In this document: positions 12,131 through 25,573 of the stretch, piece after piece
How the letters are laid out: the number at the start of each line of letters is the position of its first letter
Position numbering within the stretch: the stretch's first letter is position 1
DNA from: Podarcis cretensis
Lineage: Eukaryota
Assembly: GCA_951804945.1 (NCBI GenBank)
Contig: OX638160.1
Location: 27,280,001-27,344,000 of the forward strand
Direction of reading: 5' to 3'
DNA: 64,000 nt
Notes under the pieces: generated by a model
Database searches by the model: none
What the model saw: only the letters and a program-made list of their open reading frames with translations
Told to the model about the DNA's origin: nothing
Program-made: the position numbers and the translations under genes

Positions 12131-15100
12131 CCTAGAGCATTCCTCAAAAGTAAGAAGCTTTCCCACTTGTGCAAAAGCCTGTTGTACAAGCAGAAATATG
12201 AGAACCGTGATAGAGGACCTATTGTAGCACTGCATAACCTCTTGCAGAAGTTATTGACACAATCATTTATTAAACAATGCAAGCAAACCCCCCCCCAAAA
12301 AAAACCCCAAAAAACTTACCATACTTATGGCTCAGTGCACCTTTTTAAAAGGCATTCACTACACTAAACACCCAGAAGTCCTACACTTCTCAGTAGAATT
12401 TGTGAGACTCAAGGAATATGAAACCATAGTTTGTTTACCTGAAGCTAGCTAATGATTCTCTTTTGATATTTCTAAATTACTTACATTTGGGGCACAGTCT
12501 TTATGGAAGACAAACAGAATGGGGCCAATGAACACAAATTCTTAGATACCTAAAGGAGTCAAGTCTTTAAAAGAAAAGAAAAGGGGGGAAAAGACGGAAC
12601 TTTTCTAGTCTCAAAACCACCTAGTGATCCGAGGTTGGTGGTCTCAAAACAAAACAAAACATTTGTGAGGAAACAGATACCAACCTGCCATAGATATACA
12701 TAGAGTGAAGATGTTTTAGTTTAAAAGAACAGCAGCTGAGAAACAGTTATTTGATCCCTGCTGTTTGAGGGACAAAAGAAGAGCATTTTTGCGATCACTC
12801 ATCAGTGATCCCTGTGCAGCTTGATTCCAACAGCCGCAACAAAACCACAGATGTTATAACAACATTGCAGTAGGTGGTATTATGTTGCAAATCTTATGCA
12901 TAGTAGTATCAGACAGATGTATTGTTCTGTTGCTTCCAGAACTATTGCCCAAGTTTGCTGCAACAGTTCAGCTAGTCTGTACATAATTTGTAAATTATGT
13001 GCCTGAGTCACCTACTCTATTTATCTGAAGTAGTGCCATAACTTGCAAGTTGTGTGTGTGCTTCACACAAATAGAAGTATGAAAACTTCCATAGGGCCCT
13101 TCTGTCGGAAATATTATAGAAGGTTGCATTATAGTGATTGTGTGTTTGTGAGAGACAGACAAAGACAGAGGACAGGATTCTACTACCTGTGTTTTGTTCA
13201 GATGTTGTGTGCACAAAATAAAAATAAGTACTCATGTCTAATGTACAGACCAGTTACATACACACATTAACAGACCTTTTAAGGTCATCGTCCCCAGAAA
13301 AATCAACTTTGAAATATTATGATTTGGAGTTAGGAAGAAGCACTTAACCCTTCCCTGCCTTCTGCTTCTCTGTTCCCAATTGCCCTATCCTCAAACCACC
13401 TTTTTTTACCTGTGGGTTTCAAATGCATGTTAACAGTTCTTTTTGGAAAAATTAAATAACAACACACTAAGCACTGCTTTGAAGCAAATCCATAGAACAC
13501 AAATCATGTATGTATTGATTTATAGGTTTGCTGCATACAAAGCACCTGGTTTTTCTGTGACATTTTTCTCTTTCTTCCTCATAATCGAATTATGAAGAAT
13601 TATTTGATGTTGTTAGCACTTAACCTAGACTTTTTTATGAAATCGGTTGCTCAGTCAGCATGCCTGCCACCTATGCCCACACAGCCAACATATCTTTACA
13701 ATATCTAGGTCCTTCTATCTGAAGGATTGTATGAAATTTTATGTTAAACGGTGGTCTGCTATCCACACATCCATTTTATTTTCTTTGAACATGGACCACA
13801 GTTAAGTGTATTGTACAACTAGGCAGTTTGATATCACTTTGATAGGCACAAAGTGACCTTATATGTGCACTCCTGTGTACTCTAATCTGTGGTCTCCCAT
13901 CTCCCACTCGACAGGAATTCTGAGATGTTGATGGAACCCTCCGTTTCAACAGAGCAGCTGTGCTGACCTTTAACCCGTCACACTGGTTCTGACAGCTGCC
14001 TGCCATGTGTAGAGGAAACCTCACAGACGAACATTTCTGTCCTGAAGTAAAGATTTTTAGATAAACATGCAAGCACTACTATGGATACTACTTTTAAAAA
14101 TAAATAAGCTACTGAATATATAACAGCAGGATACGTTGTAGACTCTTAAAAAATATATACACACTATTGCTAGCTCGTTTTCCTGAAGAACTTTTAAATA
14201 ACGAAAATTATCATAAACTTAAAACTGCACACCAAATGTAACCAATCTGAAATTTATAAATTTTATTAAATGAAGTTAATTGGGCGCCACAAATATAGGC
14301 TTATGGCATTACTGGCATATATGTAGGTGAGGTGATTCAGACACTTCTAAAGCAACTGAACTTGTGTGCAGTTTTTAAATTTTAATCCAAATAATACAAC
14401 CTTTTTCCAGTTGTTGTTGTTTTTTGGGGGGGGATTAAAACACAACTTTAACCAAAAAGAAAACTGCTTTAAAACCTTTGTTATGTGTTAAAACATGGTG
14501 ACTTGAATGTCAGGTTCATCTTGCTCTTATTGAGAGTCCAGTGTTATGTGCTAATGTTTTCCTGCTGAGCTACTATTGCCTTTTTGCGCAGCTGTCGTGG
14601 TATTAATATAATATACCTTCCCCATTTGTGTAGAAGTCACTATTCTGTTGCCCACTCACATTACGTCTGCTCAGATATTAACTGCTTGAGGTTTTTTATC
14701 TCAATAAATATTCAATAGTACCTCAACAACATGAGGTACTGCTTTTTCTAAAATGAATGAATGAATGAATAAAAATACAGTAGAAGACTTTTTTTATTCA
14801 TTTGTTTCTTAGCAGGAGAAGAAAGTCTCCTGGTTAAAATCATATTCTATTCAAATTCTTACCTTACCTTACAAAATAGTTGCCTCTTTTTTCTATTGGA
14901 CAGTTTGACAGACTGTAATTTAGTGCTGTTAATTTTTTTGTCCATGTGTTTCCAAAAATAAAAAAAAAATGGGTGGGGGGACCTCTCTCTGTGTGTAGGG
15001 TGTTAAGTGTTCATGTCCTTAATTAAGGCAAATGGGTAATATATTTTCTACCTCTGTCCAGCTGGCAATTCTGTTAAATTGGCACATGGAGTGTCTCTTT

Positions 15101-17445
15101 AGTTGAGTAGTGAAAACGTTTCCACCATTATAAGCCTTAAAATTCTATACTTTATAATAATGGCATCTCATGAGCTATCAACATGAAATCTGACATTACA
15201 TGATCGACCTGATGAGGTCTACAAAATTTCAAACTGATCCAATGAAAATTGTTGGATTTACAGTAAGTTTAAAAGTGCTGAAATCTACACTTTTATTGGT
15301 TTAAAATTTTGGTTTGATGAAGTTCTGAGCAGCAATTCAAAGGTTATTAAGGTTTACCTGCCCCATTAAAGTCAAAGGTAGCAATTACTGGTAAAATAAC
15401 TGTCAAAATACTATAGCACATGTGCATTTTACATTTTGGAGCAGAAATTTGCCTGGACTTCAGTGTCTGCACAGTGAGCCACCTAATGAATGCTATGTGC
15501 AGTTTGGCACAGTGGATGGACAAACTTCTTGGGCTCAATAGCATGTACAATTTGTGATGTTGCATAGCATCTTTACTGATCACAGGATACATTTCTTAAG
15601 GCATCTAGGGAGATTAAATTTGGAACTATTTAAAATGCAAGCATTAATGTTTTTCAATACCTGGTTAGACATTCAAGTCATTTAAGATGATACTGTGAAA
15701 TACGCCACAGGGCCCACTTTCCAATACAGTGTCAAGAGACTGCATTTTCTATGTTTGTTCGATTTTAATAGTAGATGGGGTAATGATTTCATCAAGTTAG
15801 AGAGTAGTGCAAGTTATACAGGAAACTTGTTGACAAGGCTCTTGGGGTTATATCCCCTGTTGCAAACATATACTTTGCCTTCTAGAGCCTTCTTACATTG
15901 CTAGCAGCCTAACAATACACATATAGAAACTGTTTCTAAAACTGCTTCCCTTAGTACTGAAATAGGGTGTCATTTTTAAGCTTAAAACGTTACACAATTT
16001 CAAAGCAGATTTAAAGAAAAAAATAATTACAATACACTGCAGAAATGTCCAGTTTGTTATATATCAGAATGAACTACATTCCCATGCCTGTCACAGATAT
16101 AACTGCTGGATGTCATTCTAACAGCATGGCTCCATTCCGCCCCCCACTCCACCCCCAGCAGATTTCCATGTAGCCTTTTAATCTGTCTCTTGTCTTTGGG
16201 TGTTTACACTTGATGCATTTAACCCAATGTTGTAGATATTCTACATATAAGGGCTTTAGGACTTGCTCAAGGGATTAACTAGCATTCTAGTGTCCTTCCT
16301 TTATCCACTTCAGTTCCTACATTCTTTTGCATCTGATACATGTTTTGACCAGATCATATTTCTCAAAATATTTAAGCCCACAGAAAGCAATTGACATAAT
16401 GAACTACATTTTCATATTCTATCCTTAATTCTTCCATATACTTGCTTTTCTAGGCTTATTGGTTTACATTATATATTTGGATTTCACAAGTGAAACTTAA
16501 TGTATGATTCAAAACAAATCACAATCCTTTTCGTACCAGGCAGCTCACACTGGTCATTTTTTCCTCACCTTGGCTGGTTCTCATCTTTTTGTCTCATTGG
16601 AGACTTCTGACCCTCTCGTGTTTTTCCAACACTTTGAAATTTCTTGATACTATCTTGTTTTGACTAAATGTTCTTTTTGCTATGTTGTTACTAAAGACAC
16701 TTCATCCTAAACATGTTTACTATTTCTTACTTTCAGCTGTTCATAAATGGTTATGCTTCCGCTACCTTAACTCATACCAACTGTGTCATCATCTATGTTT
16801 ATATAATTTCATGTTCTCAGTTTACCTCATTAGCTTACCCAAAGGACTCACACTAACCCTTTCCCATAGCTAGTATTTTTTCAAGTATCATTTCTATAGA
16901 GTTCCTATCAAAGTAGGTTTCTGGAATCCTTTCTTCAAGTTTCCCCCCAATAACATGCATATGATGTATCCCAAGTTAACAGCGTTAGGCTGCATAGCAA
17001 GGATCTGTCATGTTGTTCTTGTTTCCCCTCAGCTCCTGGGAAAAGGAGTATGGGTTTTACAGAGCGATAGCTATCTTTAGCAAGTAGTTTAATGCAGCTC
17101 TCACAAAACAACAATTGTGGTTTGCTGTCCAAAGTTGGTAGCTGCTCATGGCATGGGAGCAAGGAGCTATGTGTAGATCTCTGAAAGTGACGTTGACTAA
17201 GGATTGGAAAGCCACTTGAAAGGCTTTGCAATAAGAATTTTCTGATCTCTTTAGTTTTCTCTAGCATTTGTGTAGGTGGGCAAAGATTTTCTAGCTCCAT
17301 GTGGTATATGGATAATTGTGAAGTGTATTATATACCTATTATATAAGCTTATGTTTTGGTTCCATTGACAGTGAATAATATCTCTAAAGTTAAGCATGAG
17401 AGGTTTTCATTCCATTTAATAGTATGTGTATAGTTAGTGGCTCCA

Positions 17446-17446
<1 letters not shown>

Positions 17447-17491
<45 letters not shown>
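17447..17491. repeat. (TAA)15 microsatellite forming the tail of the adjacent L2 LINE
   Basis: Directly visible and abuts the LINE 3' end. Confidence 0.95.
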
Positions 17492-17492
<1 letters not shown>

Positions 17493-18288
17493 TTATTATT
17501 TATACCCCGCCCATCTGGCTGGGTTTCCCCAGCCACTCTGGGCGGCTTCCAAAAGAATATTAAAATACTGTGATACATTAAACATTAAAAGCTTCCCTAA
17601 ACTGGGCTGCCTTCAGATGTCTTCTAAAAGTCTGGTAGTTGTTGTTCTCTTTGACATCTGGTGGGAGGGCGTTCCACAGGGAGGGCGCCACTACCGAGAA
17701 GGCCCTCTGCCTGGTTCCCTGTAACTTGGCTTCTCGCAGTGAGGGAACCGCCAGAAGGCCCTCGGTGCTGGACCTCAGTGTCCGGGTAGAACGATGGGGT
17801 GGAGACGATCCTTCAGGTATACTGGACCGAGGCCGTTTAGGGCTTTAAAGGTCAGCACCAACACTTTGAATTGTGCTCGGAAACGTACTGGGAGCCAATG
17901 TAGGTCTTTCAAGACCGGTGTTATATGGTCTCGGCGGCCGCTCCCAGTCACCAGTCTGGCTGCTGCGTTCTGGATTAGTTGTAGTTTCTGGGTCACCTTC
18001 AAAGGTAGCCCCACGTAGAGCGCATTGCAGTAGTCCAAGCGGGAGATAACCAGAGCATGCACCACTCTGGCGAGGCAGTCCGCAGGCAGATAGGGTCTCA
18101 GCCTGCGTACCAGATGGAGCTGGTACACAGCTGCCCTGGACACAGATTTAACCTGTGCCTCCATGGACAGCTGTGAGTCCAAAATGACTCCCAGGCTGCG
18201 CACCTGGTCCTTCAGGGGCACAGTTACCCCATTCAGGACCAGGGAATCCTCCACACCTGCCCGTCTCCTGTCCCCCAGAAACAGTACT
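17492..18288 (-). mobile_element. Young L2-clade LINE, 5'-truncated (ORF2 C-terminus and 3' UTR)
   Basis: Minus ORF contains VRSLGVILDSQLSM...VHALVISRLDYCNALYVGLP...KLQLIQNAAARLV...HITPVLKDLHWLPVRFRAQFKVLVLTFKALNGLGPVYL, the classic L2 ORF2 C-terminal region. It is uninterrupted for ~170 codons with CpGs retained. Confidence 0.92.
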
Positions 18289-20263
18289 GATGAACACCCA
18301 GCCCAGTACTTCTTTAAGGAATTTGATTTACCGTAATTATTGTAATTGCAATGAGCTATCCTATAAAACAACACAGTAACAAGTGAACATAAAAAGTGGG
18401 TCATAAAAATAATCTCTCTCCCCTCCCCCACCCACAAGAAGTATTTTGTGCTGTAGGAACCAACATATTGCATTCCTTTCACTTTTTTAAAAAATAAAAT
18501 CTTCTGCCAACTCAGTATTACAGTCTTATTGAAAATGTATTGCTGGTCTTAAAAGAATTCTTTCTTTTGGATAGAAAATAGAAGAAAATGATTATTTTTG
18601 GCTCCTATTTGGTATTACCTTTTTCAATCCAAAAATATTTCAGTAAAGTGCAAAAAAGGCTACCTGGGCTGTGGACAAATATTGATAATAAACAAGAATT
18701 AAGCTTTCCTTGTTTGAAAATAACTCTTGATTATGACATTCCCAGCTATGCTGGTTCTCTTAGATTTTCCTTCAACTTATCCTTAAGTCCCATACTGTGT
18801 TCATTTGCCACGTTAAAAGTTGGAAAAGCCTGTCTGTAAACAATTCCATGAAGCCCTCCGCTTACTCTAATAGCTAATATCCAGAGTTATATACAGTATT
18901 AGTTTCCATTGATCATTTGCAGCAAAAGTATAGTTGTACATATAATTTAAGGACTCATACTTTTCAGTGCCAGTGTAAGTGTAAGTGCTGTCATATGGTG
19001 GCCATCCTGGGACTGCACCACTTAATGATTCAGTTTTTTAGCTTGCAGTGCTAAAATCTTCCCTGTCCATGTAGCATTCCAGACCTAGCCTGCTTCTTGA
19101 TGTTCTGTTTGTGTTTAGGGAGGCCTCTTTGTATGGGAGAGCAAGCATTCAAACTTGCAGTTCACCCATCTGCATTCTGAAGGTGTAAAATGCCAGGAGG
19201 GCTGTCCGTAGATCAAGTCTTTGTAGATCAAGTCTTTGGATAGAGGAACACTTTCTTAAGGGCCTTTCTGCACCTGTATTTTAAAGAACTACCCAAGTTT
19301 TTTCATTGCCGTATATTTGCCATTCATAATAGTACTTTTGAGAAAACATGGGTTTTCAGAATGATCCGTCTGAATTGTGCTCAATGACCTATCTTCCTCC
19401 TGCCTGGAGTTACGGGGTTGTGATGTGGATGGTACAGTGGCTATAGACTCTTATCTGGCAGGTGCAAAAGGCGTTTGTACCCACTTCCGCCAACTGAGCA
19501 GCCACTTTTTTTCCCTTTTCACTCACAGTTGCACAAAAAAGTTCATAGCTATGATAAATACCCCTAAAAATGCAGTTAGGATGCAGATCCCCAACCGTAA
19601 CCTCTGTGAGAAGCATGAAGAATCTAGGTACTAATGGAGGAGTAATTAAGAAAATGTAGGCATAGACCAAATTTGAAAAAATGCCACATACTATTGAAGA
19701 AATACTGTATTAATGCCCTGTTGATAATTACCATTTTTATTATTGAGGCAAGTGCAGGCAGGAGTAAATAACTAGGATTAATAGATTTTATTTCATTAAG
19801 CTTCTGTGCATGTAATTCACTTGGGTATTTTAATAATAGAACAACAGGTAAAGCATACACTGAAATGCACTACATTCAGCGCTAAGGTGGAAAATAATTG
19901 ATTATGCAAAGTAGGCCTAGGTCCATGTAAATGTTTAGGGATTTTACTTATCAAATGCATGCTGGTGTCTCAATCTTTTGGCACTTTTTAGTAACTAGAG
20001 CATGTCAAAATGACATAATTGTATGCTTTTTATTTTAGTACTTTCCCCCTACTTCTAAAATATATTACCTCTGCAACTTTTGAGCTATTTCTCCAAACTA
20101 AATATCCCGTGTAATTTCAAAACTAGAGTTCCTCATTTTTTACTAGGAAAAAGTCTGCAATAAAAAAGTCTGCCAGATAAAAAAATCTTAGTGGAACACA
20201 AAAACGCTTTAATTGCCATTTATATAAGGCTGCATATTAAAATATCCAGGAAGGAATCTATTA

Positions 20264-20481
20264 CAGTGGTACCTCAGATTACAGAGGCTTTAGGTTACAG
20301 ACTCCGCTAACCCAGAAATAGTGCTTCAGGTTAAGAACTTTGCTTCAGGATGAGAACAGAAATCGTGCTCCGGTGGCAGCAGGAGGCCCCATTAGCTAAA
20401 GTGGTGCTTCAGGTTAAGAACAGTGTCAGGTTAAGAATGGACCTCCAGAATGAATTAAGTTCTTAACCTGAGGTACCACTG
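20264..20481 (-). mobile_element. Tigger/pogo-type MITE, copy 2 (inverted relative to copies 1 and 3)
   Basis: TA-CAGTGGTACCTC ... GAGGTACCACTG-TA. The interior is the reverse complement of 34819-35044. Confidence 0.9.
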
Positions 20482-20628
20482 TATATACCTTTTCATTTCT
20501 CCTCTGTTAATGAAATGTGCCTTGATTCAGAGCATGCTCACATATACTCCTCTCTAAAACATATTTACTTAGAAGTATAAGGTTCCTTTCGATGACTATT
20601 TGCAAATCTACCTAAGCAGCTTTCCTAG

Positions 20629-20904
20629 CAGAGGTGTAGTGGGGGGCAGGGGAGCTATGGCCTCAGGCACACATTTTTGAGGGGGCGCAATCCGGCGCCA
20701 CAATGACAGGCACGGAGCCCTGGCAGCTGAGGCACAGCAGCAAGCGCTTTTGTCTAGTGGGCAGGTGGATGGACGCAGTGGGTGAGGAGCCTGTTGGAGG
20801 CGGGTTCCATTCACCCTCCATGCGGACTTCACATGTGCCTCCATCCCAGCTGCCCAGTCCTCCAGGGGGGCACAACATTTGCCCCAACCCACGCTACACC
20901 GCTA
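20629..20904. mobile_element. GC-rich hAT MITE with 8-bp TSD
   Basis: TTTCCTAG is duplicated at 20621-20628 and 20905-20912. Termini cagaggtgtagtgggg / cccacgctacaccgcta are related to the element at 61829. Confidence 0.85.
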
Positions 20905-20945
20905 TTTCCTAGGAAATAATGGGTTTTCATTAGGAAAATATTGTA

Positions 20946-21140
20946 TCACAGTGATAGAGCACGTGTTCTGCATTAAGTAGGTTCCAGGTTCAATCACTAC
21001 TGTCTCCTGGGGCTGGACAAATCTGTCTGAAAATCAGAGCCACAATCAGTCAGTGTAGAGCTAGAATTGTCTGATAGAGAGCAGTGTAACTGTCTAACTG
21101 AGATCCTTGGAAGGAAAGGATAGTATATAAATGTAATAAA
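20946..21140 (+). mobile_element. tRNA-derived SINE (Squam3-like), decayed
   Basis: tRNA-like head (cagtgatagagcacgtg...ggttcaatc) similar to 36155-36351. Confidence 0.6.
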
Positions 21141-21282
21141 TAGCTAAATAGTTAATACAACCTCAATTTGGGAATTGACATAGCTGGTGCTTCTTCCTTA
21201 TAGGCCTCCCTCTTTTTTGCCTCTGCTGCTGGGGGAATATTCTTTGCTACGGTTCTCCCAGCTCCTCCCTCTAACAGAGAAA

Positions 21283-21333
21283 GGGAGGGAGGGAGGGAGG
21301 GAGAGAGGGAGGGAGAGAGAGAGAGAGAGAGAG
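21283..21333. repeat. (GGGA)n/(GA)n purine microsatellite
   Basis: Directly visible. Confidence 0.9.
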
Positions 21334-22181
21334 ATCCCCAGGAAATAAGCTTACTGCAGTGTGCTACTTCTAACTACTAACTGGAAAGTCAAGAGATCAC
21401 AATTTTCCCCAAATGTGCCCATGCAAAATAAGAAAAAGAAAAGCTATAATTCACTTCCTTCAATTATTACCCACTGGAACTCTATCATAATCAGTCTTAG
21501 TAACTTTCTCCCCAGTATATTTTTTTTTATTCAAAACTGAGCCTTACAAATTATCTCTATTTTAGTTTACGAATAGGAAGAATAGAAAAAAAGTAAGCCC
21601 GAACCTGTTTGCTTAAAATTAAACTCCAATTGAAATGTGTCCATAGTAGCTTTCTATTAATTCCTAATAAACAATGGAGCTCAATAAAATGCACGCATGG
21701 TTTAGCACAGGAACAGATTCCTTATAGCTATAAATCAAGCTAGAATGGGTATTACCATCACTAATACATCCATTAATTCAACCTCACTGTTAACGTTACT
21801 ACAGCTACGAAGAAAAACTTGGCTAATAGGCAGCTGCCTGCAATGATCCTGGCCTGAGGAAAAATTGCAAAGTTGAGCTAACACTCCTTGTCTTACTGAG
21901 CACAATAGCATTTACTTTTAAATCCAGAAACAAGAAAAATGTGAGAAACCAAGGCAATATGTTTATAATGCATTCATTTGCAGTCTGCTGTGTATCAAAG
22001 CATATATGTACACAAATGTACAAACAGGAATAATCTAGGTGTAGGTATAATTCATGTTGCATATGCATAAGCAGGAGGGGGAGGGGAATTTATGAGAGGC
22101 TGGCCAGGTTTAATTTGTGTCTGCTTGTATTTAGCACTTAAAGTTTCTTACATTCAGTTTGCTCAGAAGCGTGATGAAGTG

Positions 22182-22337
22182 NNNNNNNNNNNNNNNNNNN
22201 NNNNNNNNNNNNNNNNNNNNNNNNNNNNNNNNNNNNNNNNNNNNNNNNNNNNNNNNNNNNNNNNNNNNNNNNNNNNNNNNNNNNNNNNNNNNNNNNNNNN
22301 NNNNNNNNNNNNNNNNNNNNNNNNNNNNNNNNNNNNN
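22182..22337. other. 156-nt N-run in a putative intron
   Basis: Directly visible; the flanks are unique sequence with no recognisable TE. Confidence 0.95.
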
Positions 22338-23841
22338 GAATAAGATGATCTAATCAATTGGTCTGTGTCTGATGGTACGTGTAAAAATCCTACCAGGCAG
22401 AGCTGTCTCCCACAGGTCACTCACCTGCACAGCAGGATTGCTCATTTTCATTTTTCATCTCTTCCATCACATGATGCTGACAGTTGGTTTTAAGAAAATT
22501 GAATTTAAAAAAAGAAAGAAAGAAAGAAATCTGGTTCATAGGGCATGTGGGTCAGAATTAAGTTGCATTATGGGTATTGGTGATCCAGTTCATTAACATG
22601 GGTAGCAGAATACTAGCATGAATTTGTTTGCCATATACATGGTTTTGTCAATAACAAAATCTTTTTATTCTTGATTCACAAAAGATGATTTCAGTAAAAA
22701 TGTAAGCAAGGTAAGAGTGCTTGTTCAATGCATTCGAGGGAGTGGTATCTATTGCCTAATATTATCAATGGAATTTACCGGTAATTGGGAATGGCACTTT
22801 GCATGCAGAGAAACAGGGCATCCTCTTCGTTATCGCTTTGCTTTTAAAAAAACAACCCATGTGATTGGAGGAACCAGTATTCTAAAGTGGTATCAAGCCA
22901 GCTGTGTGCATTGAGCCTTGAGTGTGTTCAGCATGCTAAGACACTGTGGGAGCCCTGCCCCATCCTTTTTCTCAGAATGTACCTCCAATTGGACTGCCCT
23001 TAAAAGTCATGGTGTGTATGCAAAAAGAAGCTAGCATGCCCTAAGTATTTTTTTTAATTGGGACAAATATTCTGGAAATAGTGATATCTTACCCCATGCC
23101 TTGAACTATAATTAATATTTTAAATCAAAGCTTTTTCTCACTTCTGTTCTCCTCAGACTAGCAGCAACAGTATTTTAAAGTTATTATTTGGCTTCTTTGT
23201 TCAAGTCAGAAATGGTTCTCTGATTTATGAGAGAAGCAGCTCTATATGGCACAGGATTTGTGGACAAGATGAAAACATGATTGTACTGATTCTTAAGCCC
23301 TTAAGTTGTAGCCTAATCATGCTCATTTTTGTCTGTAAATATACTGTGAAGAAATCAAACCTACCCACACAACCTTTTGCGTTTCAAATTAAAAGTGCAT
23401 TTTTGTGGCAGTATGTTGTTCTACGTCAAAGGGATTTCTGAGGATCTCTGAAAGCAAGCCTTCCTTTGCTCTTGGGAAATCAGAGGTAGCAAATACTGGA
23501 TTTTGCAGCAGTTGCTGTTATAAGCAAAGATGTGACCGGAGGCCATATCACCATCTGCAAAGATTCTAAGAGAAACTTTGATTTTTTCTGATCTGAAGAA
23601 AAAATAAAAATTAACTGGATTCTTTTCTAAAATAGCTTAAAAATACTGCTGTGAAACCAAGGACTGGTCTATAATGTAAGAACGGACATTGTGTCTATAA
23701 CACTTGGGCACTGAGTAAAACCCATTGTCTTGTCTCCTAGACTTTGTATTGGTTCATTCTCTCCCTCAGGCAAGTGGTTTCTCACTCTTCTGGCAATGCA
23801 AAATGTTGGATTTTTTAAAATGACGCCATAAGAATAAAGTA

Positions 23842-23945
23842 CCATATTTACTCAAGTATAATGCACCATCAAATCTAATGTGCACCTTAATTTTCACAAT
23901 GTAATTTGGCCAAAGAAGGTGAACATTAGATTTGAGTAAATATGA
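23842..23945. mobile_element. ~104-bp Tc2-like MITE
   Basis: TA-CCATATTTACTCAA ... TTGAGTAAATATGA-TA inverted termini. Confidence 0.7.
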
Positions 23946-24134
23946 TAATCAGTCTCCAACTCTATTTTCTGCTAGTTCTGCACACTAGCATCAGCAAATG
24001 CTTGTTTGAAAGGATTAAGTTTACCCATAGTGATTAAGAAACAGCTCTTCCCCACTTCCTATTTCAATTCTATGTACTTCATAAGGCACAAATTAATTCT
24101 ACTGAAGGTGGCACCAACAGCACCCACTAAAAAT

Positions 24135-24426
24135 TTTGTTAAGAGGAGTCAGTCAAACAGTTGAGATAATCAGTCAGAAGGTATTAGGAAGGTATAGGCC
24201 GGTAAAGAAACTAAAGTTAAGATACTGACAGGAATATTATCTGAGAAACCATAAACTTGTTAATGTTTGTAAAATAAACTTGTTTTTTTGGTTCACTTTT
24301 AACAACTGACTGGACTCAGTGTTTTACCAGAGAGTAACTGGTTGGTGGCAGCGGGGAAGCGAGCACAGTGGTGGCACAGGGATCAATAGACTGTTAAACG
24401 TCCGGGGACCCTGTGTGATCGCCACA
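24135..24426 (+). mobile_element. Partial LTR (3' portion)
   Basis: AATAAA followed by a T-rich tract and a CpG-containing U5-like end terminating in ...gatcgccaCA. The 5' boundary is unclear. Confidence 0.5.
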
Positions 24427-24527
24427 GTGGCGTCACCCAGTATCTCTGTCAGAAGCTGTTATTAGTCACTAGAACCCATTAATAAGGTGCCCTGCATTTT
24501 CTGTGCATGGAAATAGTACTCTAAAGC

Positions 24528-24779
24528 AAGAGTGGAGAACCTTTTCTCCAACCCAAGGACTTCATTGCCTTCTGGGCAAACTTCCAGGAGTCCCGTGCCA
24601 GTGGTGTGTAGTCTCAGGCAAACCTGGGTGAACCATTAGCCTAGGACATATTCTAGCTGGGCAAAATTATTAGAATGCAAAGCAAGGCAAGTGGGAGGTG
24701 TGGCTGAAAAGGTGGCGTGGCCAGACAGAGAGGTCTGAAGGACCCATTCAACCCCTATATCTGAGTTCCCCACTGCTTG
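24528..24779. mobile_element. hAT-type non-autonomous element
   Basis: Termini caagagtggagaac / gttccccactgcttg, with ctaaag repeated on both flanks. Confidence 0.65.
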
Positions 24780-25573
24780 CCTAAAGCATGTAAAATCTAA
24801 ACTCCATTACTAAGTCATCACAGACACATATCTGCATACGCAAATTGGGGTCTGGGATTCAGGGCAATTTCACTTCAGAGCAAATTTTGAAGGCACAGTA
24901 TACCTCTTTACATATTAGGTGCAAGCTTAATTAATTTTTTAATTTTTTTTTTTAATTCCTCATTCTTGGAAGTAGAACTTCTATAACTTCCATCTTATTT
25001 CATTATCCAACCATTCCTAGAGTTACATGATATTATCTCTTTTATTCTAACAAGCCATCCTGTGTAGGTTAGGTTTAAGACTAAATTGCCTGCCCAAGAT
25101 TATAGAGTGAGCTTCAAGACTGTTCATAGAACTCTGTTCTCCTCCCCCACATCTCACTCTAATGTGGACCCACATACCTGGCTCCAAATCTAGAGCCGAT
25201 TAAGGGAGGCTCACTTACAGGCCAGGGAGGTGGATGTGTCTTTGTAATTTCAGAAGAGTCAGCCAACTGGCGATCAACACAGCCAGTTTCTGTTGCACAA
25301 CCAGTTGCTCCTGAGTTCAGTTGTTTTAGGAAGAAGGGGTGGCTGTGGATCTGCTCAAGCAATGTATTTTAGTACACACCATTCAAGGAAAACATTTAAG
25401 AGTGCCTACAGTTCAAGCCTTTCCTTCAGAATAGCTTAATATTTGAAAAAAGGGAACCCTATATTACCTTAAACCAAAATCAGTTTGCTGATACTTAAGC
25501 ATTATAACAAGTTACTTTGTACTGTTATGTTCTTGGCCATGATCCTTATTGTACTTTCTGTTGGTTTTTACAG

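Noticed and set aside
17775-18482. 235-aa ORF as a host gene
   Set aside because: It is L2 ORF2 fused to random flanking sequence.
22171-22372. C/D-box snoRNA (GTGATGA ... CTGA straddling the N-run)
   Set aside because: No terminal stem is evident and the interior is unreadable; short boxes occur by chance. Revisit once the fill is known.
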